Positions 16,439-26,548 are shown, counted from the first letter of the stretch. The stretch: DNA of 52,938 bases from Eubacteriales bacterium (GCA_045593965.1 JAZNXP010000157.1:1-52938), one strand, 5' to 3'. The notes: generated by a model not told the origin, from the letters alone. Program-made: numbers and translations.

Positions 16439-19081
16439 TTGAATCATCATTTTCAACCGCTCGATTCCGTTCTGAACGCGCTTGAAACCTCTGCTCAATC
16501 GGGACTCAACTCCGATCAAGTGAAGAAAAAGCAAACGGAATTCGGTCCAAACAAGCTTCGTGAAAAGAAAAAGAAAACAACGCTGCAACGCTTCGCGGAA
16601 CAGTTCAAGGACGTTATGATCCTGATCCTCATTGCCGCCGCGATCATCTCCTTCGTTGTGATCTGTTTGGAAAAGAACTGGGGAGAGCTTTTTGAGCCCT
16701 GCCTCATTCTCCTGATCGTCATTCTCAATGCGGTCATGGGAGTTTATCAAGAAGGAAAAGCAGAAAAAGCGTTGGATGCACTGAAAAATATGTCCGCACC
16801 GCACGCTCGCGTCATTCGCAACGGTTCCGAGCAGGTGATCGATGCCTCCGAGCTCGTTCCCGGTGACATCATCAAGCTGGAAGCGGGTGACTTTGTTCCC
16901 GCAGATGCCCGTCTGATCCAGAGCGTCAGCCTCAAATCCGAGGAATCCGCATTGACAGGCGAATCCGTCCCCTCCGAAAAGGATGCGACCGCATCCGTTG
17001 CGGAAAACGCGCCCATCGGTGACCGCACCAACATGATCTTCTCGGGCTGTAGCATTACCTACGGCACCGCTCTCGCGGTCGTTACCTCCACGGGTATGGA
17101 CACCGAAATGGGTAAGATCGCCAACCTGCTGGACGGTGAGACCGATGCGCAGACCCCTCTGCAAAAGAAGCTTGCCGACCTTGGCAAGATCCTTGGTGTG
17201 GTTGCGATCGCCGCTTGCGCCATCATCTTCGTTGTTGGATTGCTCAATCAGATTCCCCCGCTCGAGATCTTCATGACCGCAGTTTCTCTTGCAGTCTCCG
17301 CGATCCCCGAGGGACTTCCCGCGATCGTTACGATCGTTCTTTCCATCGGCGTGCAACGCATGGTAAAGAAAAACGCGCTGATCCGCCGCTTGCCTGCGGT
17401 TGAAACGCTCGGCGGTGCTTCGGTCATCTGCTCGGATAAGACGGGTACCTTGACGCAGAACCGTATGACCTTGACCAAGGCATACGTTGACGGAACCGAC
17501 GATACCGAAGCGATCTCCTCTTCCAACTCCGATCCCATTCAAAAGCTGTTGACCTACGGCACGCTTTGCTGTGACGGCTCTGTTATTTTCAACGGTGACG
17601 AGGAGCAGCACATCGGTGATCCCACAGAGACCGCGATCGTTCTCGCGGCTCACAAAAACGGACTTGAAAAGGATGCTCTGAATACGCAGTATCCCCGCCT
17701 TGCAGGCATTCCCTTTGATTCCGACCGCAAGCTGATGACGACCGTCAACCGCATTGACGGCAAAAACGTCGTCATCGTCAAGGGTGCGTTTGATATGATG
17801 GCACCCCGCTGTATCAAGGGCAACGTCGAAAAAGCAAAAGAGATGACCGATCGGATGAGTGCCGACGCGCTCCGTGTATTGGCTGTCGCTTATAAAGAAA
17901 TTGATACGGTCCCCGAAAATCCCACCTCCGAGGCACTTGAAAAGGATCTTACCTTTATGGGTCTTGTGGGTATGATCGACCCGCCCCGCCCCGAGGCAAA
18001 GGAAGCCGTTGCGCTCTGTCGCCGCGCGGGTATCAGACCCGTTATGATCACGGGTGACCACGTTGTGACCGCATCCGCCATTGCAAAGGAGCTTGGTATT
18101 CTGCAGGAGGGCGACCGTGCCATCACGGGTGCTGAACTTGACGCAATGAATGACACCGAGCTGGACGCGCAGGTTGAAAGCATTTCCGTTTATGCGCGCG
18201 TATCTCCCGAAAACAAGATCCGCATCGTTAAGGCATGGCAACGCAAGGATCAAGTCGTATCCATGACGGGTGACGGCGTGAACGACGCGCCCGCGCTCAA
18301 AGCTGCCGACATCGGCTGCGCAATGGGCATCACGGGTACGGACGTTGCAAAGGGTGCTGCCGACATGACCTTGACAGACGATAACTTTGCCACCATCGTT
18401 GACGCGGTTCAGGAAGGTCGCGGAATCTATTCCAATATCAAAAAGGTCGTTGGATTCCTTCTCGGAACCAACATCGGTGAGGTCATTACCGTCTTTGCCG
18501 CAATGCTTCTCTGGCACAAAACACCCCTTCTCTCCATGCATCTTCTGATGATCAATCTGGTCACCGACAGTCTCCCCGCAATCGCCCTTGGCATGGAAGC
18601 GGTGGAAAAAGACGTCATGGATCACAAGCCGAAGCCCAAGCACGAGGGAATCTTCGCAGGTGGTTTAGGTGTTCGCGTTGTGCTTCAGGGACTGATGTTC
18701 GCGGCACTCACCCTGATCGGATTTAAGGTCGGTGAGTATTACGCACAGGACGTTCTCAAGCTTGTTGACAGCGATCTCATCCTTCAATACGGACAGACGC
18801 TTGCCTTCATGGTCCTTGCACTTTCCCAGGTCGTGCAGGCATATAATATGAGAAGTGAACACTCGCTCTTCAAGATCGGTCCCTTCAGCAACCATACGCT
18901 CAACTGGGCGGCTCTTGCTTCCACCGCTCTCGTAGCACTCGTTCTCTTTACTCCCCTTGGTGTGATCTTTAAGATCACCATGCTTCCCTGGCAGCTTTAC
19001 CTCATCGGACTTGGACTGGTTTTGGTTCCCTTCGTTGTGATGGAGATCTGCAAGCTGATCAAGCATCTCCTTCACCGCTAA
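16439..19081 (+). CDS. P-type cation-transporting ATPase (type II, Ca2+-ATPase-like)
   Basis: 880 aa. Motifs TGES, phosphorylation site ICSDKTGTLTQN, MITGDH, MTGDGVNDAPALK. TTG start with AAGGAGG 7 nt upstream. Confidence 0.92.
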   Translation: MNHHFQPLDSVLNALETSAQSGLNSDQVKKKQTEFGPNKLREKKKKTTLQRFAEQFKDVMILILIAAAIISFVVICLEKNWGELFEPCLILLIVILNAVMGVYQEGKAEKALDALKNMSAPHARVIRNGSEQVIDASELVPGDIIKLEAGDFVPADARLIQSVSLKSEESALTGESVPSEKDATASVAENAPIGDRTNMIFSGCSITYGTALAVVTSTGMDTEMGKIANLLDGETDAQTPLQKKLADLGKILGVVAIAACAIIFVVGLLNQIPPLEIFMTAVSLAVSAIPEGLPAIVTIVLSIGVQRMVKKNALIRRLPAVETLGGASVICSDKTGTLTQNRMTLTKAYVDGTDDTEAISSSNSDPIQKLLTYGTLCCDGSVIFNGDEEQHIGDPTETAIVLAAHKNGLEKDALNTQYPRLAGIPFDSDRKLMTTVNRIDGKNVVIVKGAFDMMAPRCIKGNVEKAKEMTDRMSADALRVLAVAYKEIDTVPENPTSEALEKDLTFMGLVGMIDPPRPEAKEAVALCRRAGIRPVMITGDHVVTASAIAKELGILQEGDRAITGAELDAMNDTELDAQVESISVYARVSPENKIRIVKAWQRKDQVVSMTGDGVNDAPALKAADIGCAMGITGTDVAKGAADMTLTDDNFATIVDAVQEGRGIYSNIKKVVGFLLGTNIGEVITVFAAMLLWHKTPLLSMHLLMINLVTDSLPAIALGMEAVEKDVMDHKPKPKHEGIFAGGLGVRVVLQGLMFAALTLIGFKVGEYYAQDVLKLVDSDLILQYGQTLAFMVLALSQVVQAYNMRSEHSLFKIGPFSNHTLNWAALASTALVALVLFTPLGVIFKITMLPWQLYLIGLGLVLVPFVVMEICKLIKHLLHR

Positions 19082-19115
19082 AATAAAAATCAACTGATTA
19101 TTAGGAGGTGAGAGT

Positions 19116-20651
19116 GTGAAAAGAAAATTGAATGCCGTGAAAAATCTGTTGACCAGGCGGCTCTTTATCGTGCTGCTCATCATCGCACAGATCCTGCTGA
19201 TCGTATTCTTCATTCTGGAATACGCAAAGCTTCGTTGGCTTTCCGAGCTTTTGAACATCATCAGCTTTTTCACCGCTCTCCACCTCCTGATCCGTTCCGA
19301 CAAAAGCGCGTTCAAGCTTTCTCTTGTATTTCTCATTCTGCTCTTCCCTCTCTTCGGAGGAGCACTCTACTGGATCATGCATCTTCAGACCACGGATATC
19401 GGCTACCGCAAGCGTTTCCGACATACCGAAGAGCAGAGCCGACTGGCGTCCACACACCATTCAACACCCGCAAAAGCGGTTGAAGATGCCGTTCCCGAAA
19501 GCAAGCGGTTAATGTACTATTTGCAGGACACGGCAGGCTTCCCCGTCTATCAGAATACGGAAACCAAGTATTTCCCGACGGGATCCGCAATGCTGGACTC
19601 TGTTCTGCAAGACATTCAAAGCGCGAAACGTTATATCTTCCTTGAATATTTCATCATCGAAGAAGGCGAAATGTGGGACTCCATCCTTGAAGCCTTGAAG
19701 GAAAAGGTCGCGCAAGGTGTCGATGTTCGCCTGATCTATGACGATCTCGGATGCTTTTTGACCTTGCCACCCAAATATGACGCAAAGCTTCGTGCCCTCG
19801 GCATTCAATGCAAGGTATTCAACAAAGTACATCCGTTTTTGAGTACCGCGCACAACAACCGCGATCACCGAAAGATCCTTGTTGTTGACGGCACCGTCGC
19901 CTATACGGGTGGCATCAACCTCGCCGATGAATATATCAATAAAAAGATCAAGTACGGTCACTGGAAGGACAGCGCGATCCGCCTCTACGGTGCGGGCGCG
20001 TGGAGCTTTACCGTCATGTTCCTGCATATGTGGAACAACCTCAATTACAAAAAGCAGGAAGTGATCGAGACGTATCTTCCCGAGGCACTTCCGACCGCCC
20101 ATAACAGCGGCTGGGTACAGCCCTACACCGATACGCCGATCGACCGCGAGAACGTGGGAGAACACGTTTATATGCGCATCATCGAAGGCGCGCAGGATTA
20201 TCTCTATATCGCAACGCCTTATTTGATGGTCGACAGCGATATGCTCTCCACGCTCAAGATCGCCGCCAAAAGCGGTGTGGACGTTCGCATCCTCACGCCC
20301 AATATTCCCGATAAAAAAGCGGTACACTTTACCACTCGCTCCTACTATCGCGAGCTCATCGACGCAGGGATCCGAATCTATGAATACACAGGTGGATTTA
20401 TTCACTCCAAGATCTTTCTCTCCGACGATCGCATTGCAACCGTCGGAACGACCAATTTGGATTTTCGGAGTCTCTATTTCCATTTTGAGTGTGGCACCTG
20501 TCTTTACCGCACCGATTCGATCGCTCAGATCAAGAAGGATTACCTGAACACCATGGAGCGTTGCTACGAGATCAAAGCCGAGGATTGCAAGAAAAACATC
20601 CTCGTCCGATTTTTCCAAAGCATCTGCCGTGTGTTCGCACCGTTGATGTAA
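19116..20651 (+). CDS. cls: cardiolipin synthase (PLD superfamily, two HKD motifs)
   Basis: HRKILVVDG and HSKIFLSDD HKD motifs. Two N-terminal TM helices. GTG start with AGGAGG. 34 nt after the ATPase stop, so probably co-transcribed. Confidence 0.9.
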   Translation: MKRKLNAVKNLLTRRLFIVLLIIAQILLIVFFILEYAKLRWLSELLNIISFFTALHLLIRSDKSAFKLSLVFLILLFPLFGGALYWIMHLQTTDIGYRKRFRHTEEQSRLASTHHSTPAKAVEDAVPESKRLMYYLQDTAGFPVYQNTETKYFPTGSAMLDSVLQDIQSAKRYIFLEYFIIEEGEMWDSILEALKEKVAQGVDVRLIYDDLGCFLTLPPKYDAKLRALGIQCKVFNKVHPFLSTAHNNRDHRKILVVDGTVAYTGGINLADEYINKKIKYGHWKDSAIRLYGAGAWSFTVMFLHMWNNLNYKKQEVIETYLPEALPTAHNSGWVQPYTDTPIDRENVGEHVYMRIIEGAQDYLYIATPYLMVDSDMLSTLKIAAKSGVDVRILTPNIPDKKAVHFTTRSYYRELIDAGIRIYEYTGGFIHSKIFLSDDRIATVGTTNLDFRSLYFHFECGTCLYRTDSIAQIKKDYLNTMERCYEIKAEDCKKNILVRFFQSICRVFAPLM

Positions 20652-20656
20652 CAAGC

Positions 20657-20719
20657 AAAAACGCATTCGATTGCATCGTCTCACAAGAGACGTCGCAATC
20701 GAATGCGTTTTCTTTTTTT
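20657..20719. terminator. long bidirectional terminator hairpin
   Basis: AAAACGCATTCGATTGC...GCAATCGAATGCGTTTT with an inner CGTCTC/GAGACG stem. A T-run follows on the plus strand and TTTT on the minus strand. Confidence 0.8.
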
Positions 20720-21026
20720 ATTCTTCCTCGACTGTTTCCAGCAAAAAGCTGACGGGGCGAAATCCGTCGTTGCAGGAGATCATCGCGGAATACGGATTTT
20801 TCATCCACCCGTCATAAAAGTTTCCGCCTCCCTGTGCCAAGGTCATCACGAATTTTTCCATGCTCTCCCATGCGCTGGGGCAAAGGTCATTCGGTCGTTC
20901 GCCGTTTTTGGAATAAAAGATCTGTCCCGTCCGAACGTCACACGTGTGCTCGATCGGGTTTTCATAAAGCTCCATCAGATCTTTGTATTCGCTGATGCGC
21001 ACAGCTGTAATTTTCACGGTTTTCAT
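20718..21026 (-). CDS. TIGR04076-family small protein
   Basis: 102 aa: MKTVKITAVRISEYKDL...CPSAWESM...GGGNFYDGWMKNP...ISCNDGFRPVSFLLE matches my recollection of that family. ATGA overlap with the upstream gene. The 254-aa track ORF is an artefactual N-terminal extension. Confidence 0.7.
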   Translation of the reverse strand: MKTVKITAVRISEYKDLMELYENPIEHTCDVRTGQIFYSKNGERPNDLCPSAWESMEKFVMTLAQGGGNFYDGWMKNPYSAMISCNDGFRPVSFLLETVEEE

Positions 21027-21604
21027 GCCATTCCTCCGTTTTTCATGCGTGCGATCAGATCTCCGCCGTTTGCCTTGAGCCAACGGTAAGCGATCTCGTA
21101 ATCGGGCAATATCTGCTTCACGGTCGCCCAAAACGCGTCGGAATGGTTCAGCTCCTTGATGTGACACAGCTCGTGGACGATCACGTAATCGATGACGTGC
21201 GGAGGCGTGAGCATCAAAAGACAGTTGAAATTCAGATTGCCCTGCGAGGAGCAGCTTCCCCAACGCCCTTTCTGATTGCGTATGGTGATCTTCCCATAAG
21301 TGACACCGATACGCGATGCGAAATACGCTACCCGCGCGGGAATGACCTTTAGTGCTTGATCTGCCAACCGTTTGATGTCCTCTCCCGTCAGGGGCGGCAG
21401 CTGCGCGCGTTGATCGTTCTGCGCCTTCAGCTTTGCCTGCGAGCGCAAGATCCATGCGGATTGTTCCTTTACCAGCGCGCAAATATCCGCCTCGGGAACG
21501 TGATGCGGTGCGCGTACCAACACGGTGCCGTCGGGCAAGATCTGAATGGCGACCTTGGTCCTGTTACTGCGCAGAATCTGAAAATGAAGTCTGTTCTCGC
21601 TCAT
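21023..21604 (-). CDS. M48/DUF45 (YgjP-like) metal-dependent hydrolase
   Basis: 193 aa. HELCH zinc motif (VIVHELCHIKELNHS). GAGGAG RBS. Confidence 0.8.
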   Translation of the reverse strand: MSENRLHFQILRSNRTKVAIQILPDGTVLVRAPHHVPEADICALVKEQSAWILRSQAKLKAQNDQRAQLPPLTGEDIKRLADQALKVIPARVAYFASRIGVTYGKITIRNQKGRWGSCSSQGNLNFNCLLMLTPPHVIDYVIVHELCHIKELNHSDAFWATVKQILPDYEIAYRWLKANGGDLIARMKNGGMA

Positions 21605-21654
21605 TTATCCTTATCTCCTCATTTTAAAGCTTGGTCTGCGACCGCAGATTTTGG

Positions 21655-21691
21655 AAAAGGCTTTCGCATCTGTATCAAGCGAAAGCCTTTT
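21655..21691 (-). terminator. hairpin downstream of the 119-aa membrane protein gene
   Basis: AAAAGGCTTTCGC / GCGAAAGCCTTTT 13-bp stem. Only a short U-tract on the minus-strand RNA. Confidence 0.45.
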
Positions 21692-21696
21692 TTTGA

Positions 21697-22056
21697 TTAT
21701 TGTTTATGTATTTTCGCTTCGATCACCGTGATCACGGTTCCCATCACGAACACCGTCAAAAGTGAAATCAGCGCGATCAGCTCGATCGGCATGCGGTATG
21801 ACGGGAAGCAGAAGTGGCGCAGAACCAGATATCCGACCACCAGCAAGGCGATCACAACAAGTGCCAGGAAAAGAGAGAGGAAAAATACCTTCCATGGCTT
21901 TTTGATCGCTCTTTGCGCCTTCTGTTCCTCGCGCTTTGCATCTTCGTTTTCTTTTGCGACGTAATAGAACAAACGTCCCGTCAGTCCAACAAACGCAACG
22001 GCGCCCCATGCTTTGAGCATATTTTCCGACAGCGGTGCCTTTTCCTTCTTTGCCAT
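21697..22056 (-). CDS. membrane protein, function unknown
   Basis: 119 aa with three hydrophobic segments. AAGGAG RBS. Has its own promoter and terminator. Confidence 0.6.
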   Translation of the reverse strand: MAKKEKAPLSENMLKAWGAVAFVGLTGRLFYYVAKENEDAKREEQKAQRAIKKPWKVFFLSLFLALVVIALLVVGYLVLRHFCFPSYRMPIELIALISLLTVFVMGTVITVIEAKIHKQ

Positions 22057-22091
22057 GCGACATTCTCCTTCCTTCTTTTTTTCTTATATTC

Positions 22092-22120
22092 ACTATACCA
22101 CAAAAATCGCGAATTGTCAA
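22092..22120 (-). promoter_or_regulatory. sigma-A type promoter (TTGACA, 17 nt spacer, TATAGT)
   Basis: On the minus strand: TTGACA (22120..22115), 17 nt spacer, TATAGT (22097..22092). Confidence 0.65.
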
Positions 22121-22164
22121 CCGTTCTTTCAAAAAACCTTCGCTTTTTTCAAAACAAAAAATAT

Positions 22165-22197
22165 GGGAAGAGACTTTTCCCAAAAAAGTCTCTTCCC
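22165..22197. terminator. bidirectional terminator after the 950-aa lipoprotein gene
   Basis: GGGAAGAGACTTTT / AAAAGTCTCTTCCC 14-bp stem with T-runs on both strands. Confidence 0.75.
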
Positions 22198-22222
22198 TTT
22201 TTTTATGGAACTGCTTTTACAA

Positions 22223-25075
22223 TTATTCGGTCATGAACCAATAATACCAATCAAATTCCATCTTTTCCGCCATCGCACCGCCAAGCGAAGGAAGCTCTTC
22301 GCCGATTACGGTATACGCGCCAACGACGTATTGGTAATTATAGAGGATGTCTCCTTCGGTGTAAGCACCGTCAATGGAAATGCTGAAATTATCGTAGTCC
22401 TCAACGAAAACATTGCGAAGCTCTGCAAAGAGAGCGGCAGATACGGTGTAAGAACCGTCTGCGTTCTTCGTCAGATAGCGGTTTACGTCATAAAGAATGC
22501 TCGACTTAACTGCCCATGCGGAGATCTCTCCGTTATATAGCTCCTCAACCAGCGTACCGTTCTCGTACTTGCAAGCAACCCAGACGCAGTTGGTCTCGCT
22601 GATGGGAAGATAACCGTAAACGTAAACGGTCTCGCCGAAGTCTGCCTTGCCCTTGATGTACATGGTGCTGCCGGAGGTAAGCTTCATGGTCTCAAGGTTC
22701 ATCTGCTCAAAGCCGTTCTCATCCTTGATCTCGTACAGATTGATGTATCTGCCATCGACCTTTGCGAAATAAGAAGGCATCAGAATGGTTACCTCCACCA
22801 TGTTCGCATAAGAAGCGGTCACGTCGTTTCCGTTTGCGTCGTAAACGTCATATTCGAGTGCCATCTTATCCGTGACGGGTTTACCCATGGAGGGATCGAA
22901 CATGTTATCCGTGTTTTCGATCTTTTCGCCGATCACCAAATATACGTCGCCCGTATTCTCATCCCACTCGTGGTTGAACGTATAGCAGGTGCCGTCCTTT
23001 GCAACGAGATATTGGAAAGAATAGCCGTGGTCACCCCAGTAACCTTCCTTGGTCGCGTAGATCTCAAGACCGTAATTTGCGGACATCTGCGCATCCTTTT
23101 CAACGATCTCTTCGATCGGGAAATCAATGTAAGGCGCGCTCAATTCAAATTCATACTCTGCCTTCGTATTCAATCCGCTGATCACGAGATTGCCGTTTGC
23201 ATCGTACGTTTGAGAGATCTTATTGCTCGTTGCCGCATTGAGATGCTCGGGGATGGTGACCTTTGCGTTGGGATCCTGCTTGAGTTCAAGCTTCAGATCA
23301 ACGATCGGTGCCTTTTGACCGTCCGCGATCATGGAAACGTCACCCTCGATCACAAAAGAAGTGATCTTGCCGTCCGCATTCACTGCAAGCGTGAAGCCCA
23401 TTGCATCGACCGCGAACATATTGATATAGCCCTTCGCCATTGCAATAATCTCTGCGAGGGTGAACATATTTTCCTCAACGGAGGGCTCCTCTGTGGAAGG
23501 AATGTCTTCCTCGGGAGCACTCTTCTCGGAAGACGTCATATCGTTTTTTTCTTCCTCTACGGGAGGATTGGGAACGGTAGACTCATGCTGGGGAGGAGGC
23601 AGCTCTTCATCAGCACTGCCGCCTGCGGAAAGCGTAATGGTGATCTCACCGACGTGCATTGTGGTAAAGATTTCGCTTGCCCAATCGTAAAACGCGGTCA
23701 GCGTCATTGTTTCATCCTGATACAGCATTGAAACAAGCTCATCCAACGTCACGTCACGGCATTCATTCAACATTTCTTCGATATCAAATGCTTCTCCGCT
23801 CTCCTCGGTCACGTATGCGTTGATCATCGCATAAAGCTCTTCCATCGTGAAGGCGCCGCTATCCTGAACAAACTTGATTGCCTGATCGATAAAGGTGCCG
23901 CAGGTCATATCACCCGTGATCGTCGCACGGATATGTGCTTCCAAAGTAGCCCAGTCGGTTACTTCGGGATTGATCTGACCCATGTTGGGAGCAAGCAGGC
24001 TGTAGATATAGTCTGCAACGGTCATCTCACAAACCGCTTCCAGCGCCTCAACGTATGCCTTTACGGCATTCAGCGTGGGAATGGCGTCAAACGCGTACGT
24101 CTTACCGTTTCCGTTTTCCGTAACGGTGATGATGCCCTCGAACGCCTTCAAGCAATCGTCCACGGTGGGAAGTGTTACACCCTCGACCGCCTTGATCTCG
24201 GTCTCAATGCCGAGCTCCTTTGCAAGAGTAGCGTATGCCGTATCCAACAGATCGGCAAAAGCCATCAGCTCCTCTGCCTTCATTTCCTGACCGAGGTAGG
24301 TCATCAGCGCTTCAATGCGCGCGCCCTCTTCTGCAATGAATGCCTGCAGCTCGGTGCGGAATTGCTTCAAATATGCTTCCGCGCTGTCATTCATCAGCAC
24401 GCTTGCCTTATCCAAAACGGTAACATAATCCGCAAAGGTTGCCTCTATGCTTGCGTCGAGATCATAGATATCGACCGATTTTCCATCCTTCTCGCACGCG
24501 GCAAGAACGCCGTCACGGTAGAGTGCCGAAATCGCTTCAACATCCTCTCCCTCGGTCAAAACGTACTCAAACCATGCAAGATAAATGCCGTTTTCCTTGC
24601 ATACGGTCATATTGACCGCTACGCTCATCGGACCGCTGCCTGCCACAAAGGAAAGTGTGCCGTTTTCTTCACCCAACAGGTTTACGTAAACCGACTCGAT
24701 CAATTCCGAATAGGAGTCCATAACGGTATCCTCGGGGACGCCCAACGCGGGAATCTCCTCCGATGCCATCGCTCCGCAAACGCCGCAGGTGTGCGTTTTG
24801 GTGCCTGCCTCGGTCGCGGTCGCATCCTTGGTGACCGTCCAGTCGCCCCAAGCGTGCGCAACCATTGCCGTAGGCGTTCCTGCTGCTACGGTAACGCCGC
24901 AATCACGGCATACGAGGTCACCCGTATAGCCTTCTGCCGTACAGCTTGCCGCGATCGTGTTGCGCAGCTCGGTGTTTGCGTGTGCGCATTCCTTGGTGGG
25001 ACCGCACGATGCCAAGAGCATGCAGAGAACCAACAAAATCGGCAAAATACGAACTGTTAATGTTTTCATACTCAT
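22223..25075 (-). CDS. large (950 aa) surface lipoprotein with an N-terminal Cys-rich module, function unknown
   Basis: Signal peptide plus lipobox (LLASC-G). Cys-rich segment CAHANTELRNTIAASCTAEGYTGDLVCRDCG...HAWGDWTVTKDATATEAGTKTHTCGVCG. Acidic, Pro-rich linker (EELPPPQHESTVPNPPVEEEKND...) between two large domains. Confidence 0.8.
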   Translation of the reverse strand: MSMKTLTVRILPILLVLCMLLASCGPTKECAHANTELRNTIAASCTAEGYTGDLVCRDCGVTVAAGTPTAMVAHAWGDWTVTKDATATEAGTKTHTCGVCGAMASEEIPALGVPEDTVMDSYSELIESVYVNLLGEENGTLSFVAGSGPMSVAVNMTVCKENGIYLAWFEYVLTEGEDVEAISALYRDGVLAACEKDGKSVDIYDLDASIEATFADYVTVLDKASVLMNDSAEAYLKQFRTELQAFIAEEGARIEALMTYLGQEMKAEELMAFADLLDTAYATLAKELGIETEIKAVEGVTLPTVDDCLKAFEGIITVTENGNGKTYAFDAIPTLNAVKAYVEALEAVCEMTVADYIYSLLAPNMGQINPEVTDWATLEAHIRATITGDMTCGTFIDQAIKFVQDSGAFTMEELYAMINAYVTEESGEAFDIEEMLNECRDVTLDELVSMLYQDETMTLTAFYDWASEIFTTMHVGEITITLSAGGSADEELPPPQHESTVPNPPVEEEKNDMTSSEKSAPEEDIPSTEEPSVEENMFTLAEIIAMAKGYINMFAVDAMGFTLAVNADGKITSFVIEGDVSMIADGQKAPIVDLKLELKQDPNAKVTIPEHLNAATSNKISQTYDANGNLVISGLNTKAEYEFELSAPYIDFPIEEIVEKDAQMSANYGLEIYATKEGYWGDHGYSFQYLVAKDGTCYTFNHEWDENTGDVYLVIGEKIENTDNMFDPSMGKPVTDKMALEYDVYDANGNDVTASYANMVEVTILMPSYFAKVDGRYINLYEIKDENGFEQMNLETMKLTSGSTMYIKGKADFGETVYVYGYLPISETNCVWVACKYENGTLVEELYNGEISAWAVKSSILYDVNRYLTKNADGSYTVSAALFAELRNVFVEDYDNFSISIDGAYTEGDILYNYQYVVGAYTVIGEELPSLGGAMAEKMEFDWYYWFMTE

Positions 25076-25242
25076 TTCATCCTTTCTTGAGTCTTTTTGT
25101 AAGAAGAGGATCCTCTTCTTTGGATATCTATATTATACTATTTGAGCTCCAAATTGTCAATATCTTTCAGGAAAATTCAAATTCCATTTTTCGACAATAC
25201 AGGGATGCGTTTTTTTTGTTTGTTATTTTTTGAACATACCCC

Positions 25243-25271
25243 TTGACAAAACCCAAAAAAGTGGTATAATG
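25243..25271 (+). promoter_or_regulatory. sigma-A type promoter (TTGACA, 17 nt spacer, TATAAT)
   Basis: Perfect hexamers at 25243..25248 and 25266..25271. About 150 nt upstream of the kinase start. Confidence 0.7.
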
Positions 25272-25420
25272 GAATAGTGACCCATTTGTTTATCGTCGCA
25301 TTCGCCCATTATAGGGTTTTTTTATTCGGATTTTTATAAAAATTGCCGATCGTTTTTTCAACGTTTCCCGCATTTGTTCGTTTGACATCTATCATCGTCT
25401 CAAAGAAGGGGGTACATCAC

Positions 25421-26536
25421 GTGGACGAAATTTTACGTTCCAAGTTTCAGTCTCTTGCCGATCTGTTTCAGATCTTCGGAGAAATACAGAGCATTCGAAC
25501 CGTCAACCACGGTCATATCAATTCGACGTACGACATCATAATCAAAAAAGGCGATAAAGACCATCGTTTTATTTTTCAGAAGATCAATAGCTTTGTCTTT
25601 AAAGAGCCACAACAGATCATGCAGAACATTGAGCTGATCACCACGCATATTGCGAACAAGCTGGAGCAGCAAGGAAAAAGTCGCGACGGAGTAATGCACT
25701 TTGCGCACAAAGCCGACGGTTCCAATTTTCACATCGTTGAGGACGGCTTCTGGAGAATTTCCGAATTTGTTCCCAATATCACAACATACAGCATCTGCAC
25801 CGATCCCCAGGTTCTCCGCTCCGCAGGCGCGGCGTTTGGAGAATTTCAGATCAACCTTGCGGATTTTGACGCTTCCCTGCTTCACGAGACCATTCCGAAT
25901 TTCCACAATACGCGGATGCGTATTGAAACCCTGATGAAGCACGTTGATGAAGATCCCTGCGATCGCGTTGCCGAAGTGACGACCGAGCTTGAAAAAATTC
26001 GTGCGTTCACTCCCGAAGCGATCTGCTTGACCGAGCTGATCGATGCGGGCAAGCTTCCCCTTCGCGTCACACACAACGACACAAAGATCAACAATATTCT
26101 CTTCGACCGCGATACCAAGGAAGCAAAAACGGTCATTGATCTTGATACCGTTATGCCCGGTCTCGTTGCTTACGATTTCGGTGATGCCATTCGCTTTGCC
26201 GCGAACAAAGCACCCGAGGACGAGCCCGATCTTGGAAAGGTTGGAATTGATCTGGAGCTTTACCGCGCATTTGCGGAAGGCTTTGTTCCCGCTCTCGTTG
26301 CAACCTTGACCGAAACCGAGCTGAAAACGCTTGCGTTTGGTGCGTTCGTCATGACGGCAGAGGTTGGTATCCGTTTCCTTGATGACTATATCAGCGGTGA
26401 CACCTACTTCAAGACCGAATATCCCAAGCACAATCTCATCAGAGCGCGCTGCCAGATCGAGCTTGCCGAGGATATGCTCCGTCACATGGATGAAATGAAT
26501 GCGATCATTGATGAGATCGTAGCATCAACAAGATAA
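25421..26536 (+). CDS. APH-fold phosphotransferase, N-acetylhexosamine-1-kinase (NahK)-like
   Basis: HGHINSTY nucleotide-loop motif, catalytic VTHNDTKINNILFD, and IDLDT. GTG 25421 with GAAGGGGG upstream is preferred over the track's 25343. The substrate call is by family resemblance only. Confidence 0.7.
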   Translation: MDEILRSKFQSLADLFQIFGEIQSIRTVNHGHINSTYDIIIKKGDKDHRFIFQKINSFVFKEPQQIMQNIELITTHIANKLEQQGKSRDGVMHFAHKADGSNFHIVEDGFWRISEFVPNITTYSICTDPQVLRSAGAAFGEFQINLADFDASLLHETIPNFHNTRMRIETLMKHVDEDPCDRVAEVTTELEKIRAFTPEAICLTELIDAGKLPLRVTHNDTKINNILFDRDTKEAKTVIDLDTVMPGLVAYDFGDAIRFAANKAPEDEPDLGKVGIDLELYRAFAEGFVPALVATLTETELKTLAFGAFVMTAEVGIRFLDDYISGDTYFKTEYPKHNLIRARCQIELAEDMLRHMDEMNAIIDEIVASTR

Positions 26537-26548
26537 AGCTTATATCAT

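Noticed and set aside
16403-18643. 746-aa minus-strand ORF opposite the P-type ATPase. Analogous antisense ORFs: 3931..5112, 10432..11115, 19509..20684, 23933..25060, 25433..26485, 26567..28525, 28417..30213, 36412..37527, 37590..39521, 40212..42119, 50147..51037, 51619..52470
   Set aside because: All are shadows of well-supported genes on the other strand. For those I checked (16403..18643, 26567..28525, 37590..39521, and 11654..14395 above), the frame is exactly codon-aligned with the real gene. The sense-strand proteins carry unmistakable family motifs.
20718-21482. 254-aa ORF as a single gene
   Set aside because: Its N-terminal 150 aa are Arg/Ala/Gly-rich and overlap the DUF45 gene out of frame. 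A canonical ATG at 21026 (ATGA coupling) gives the 102-aa conserved small protein.
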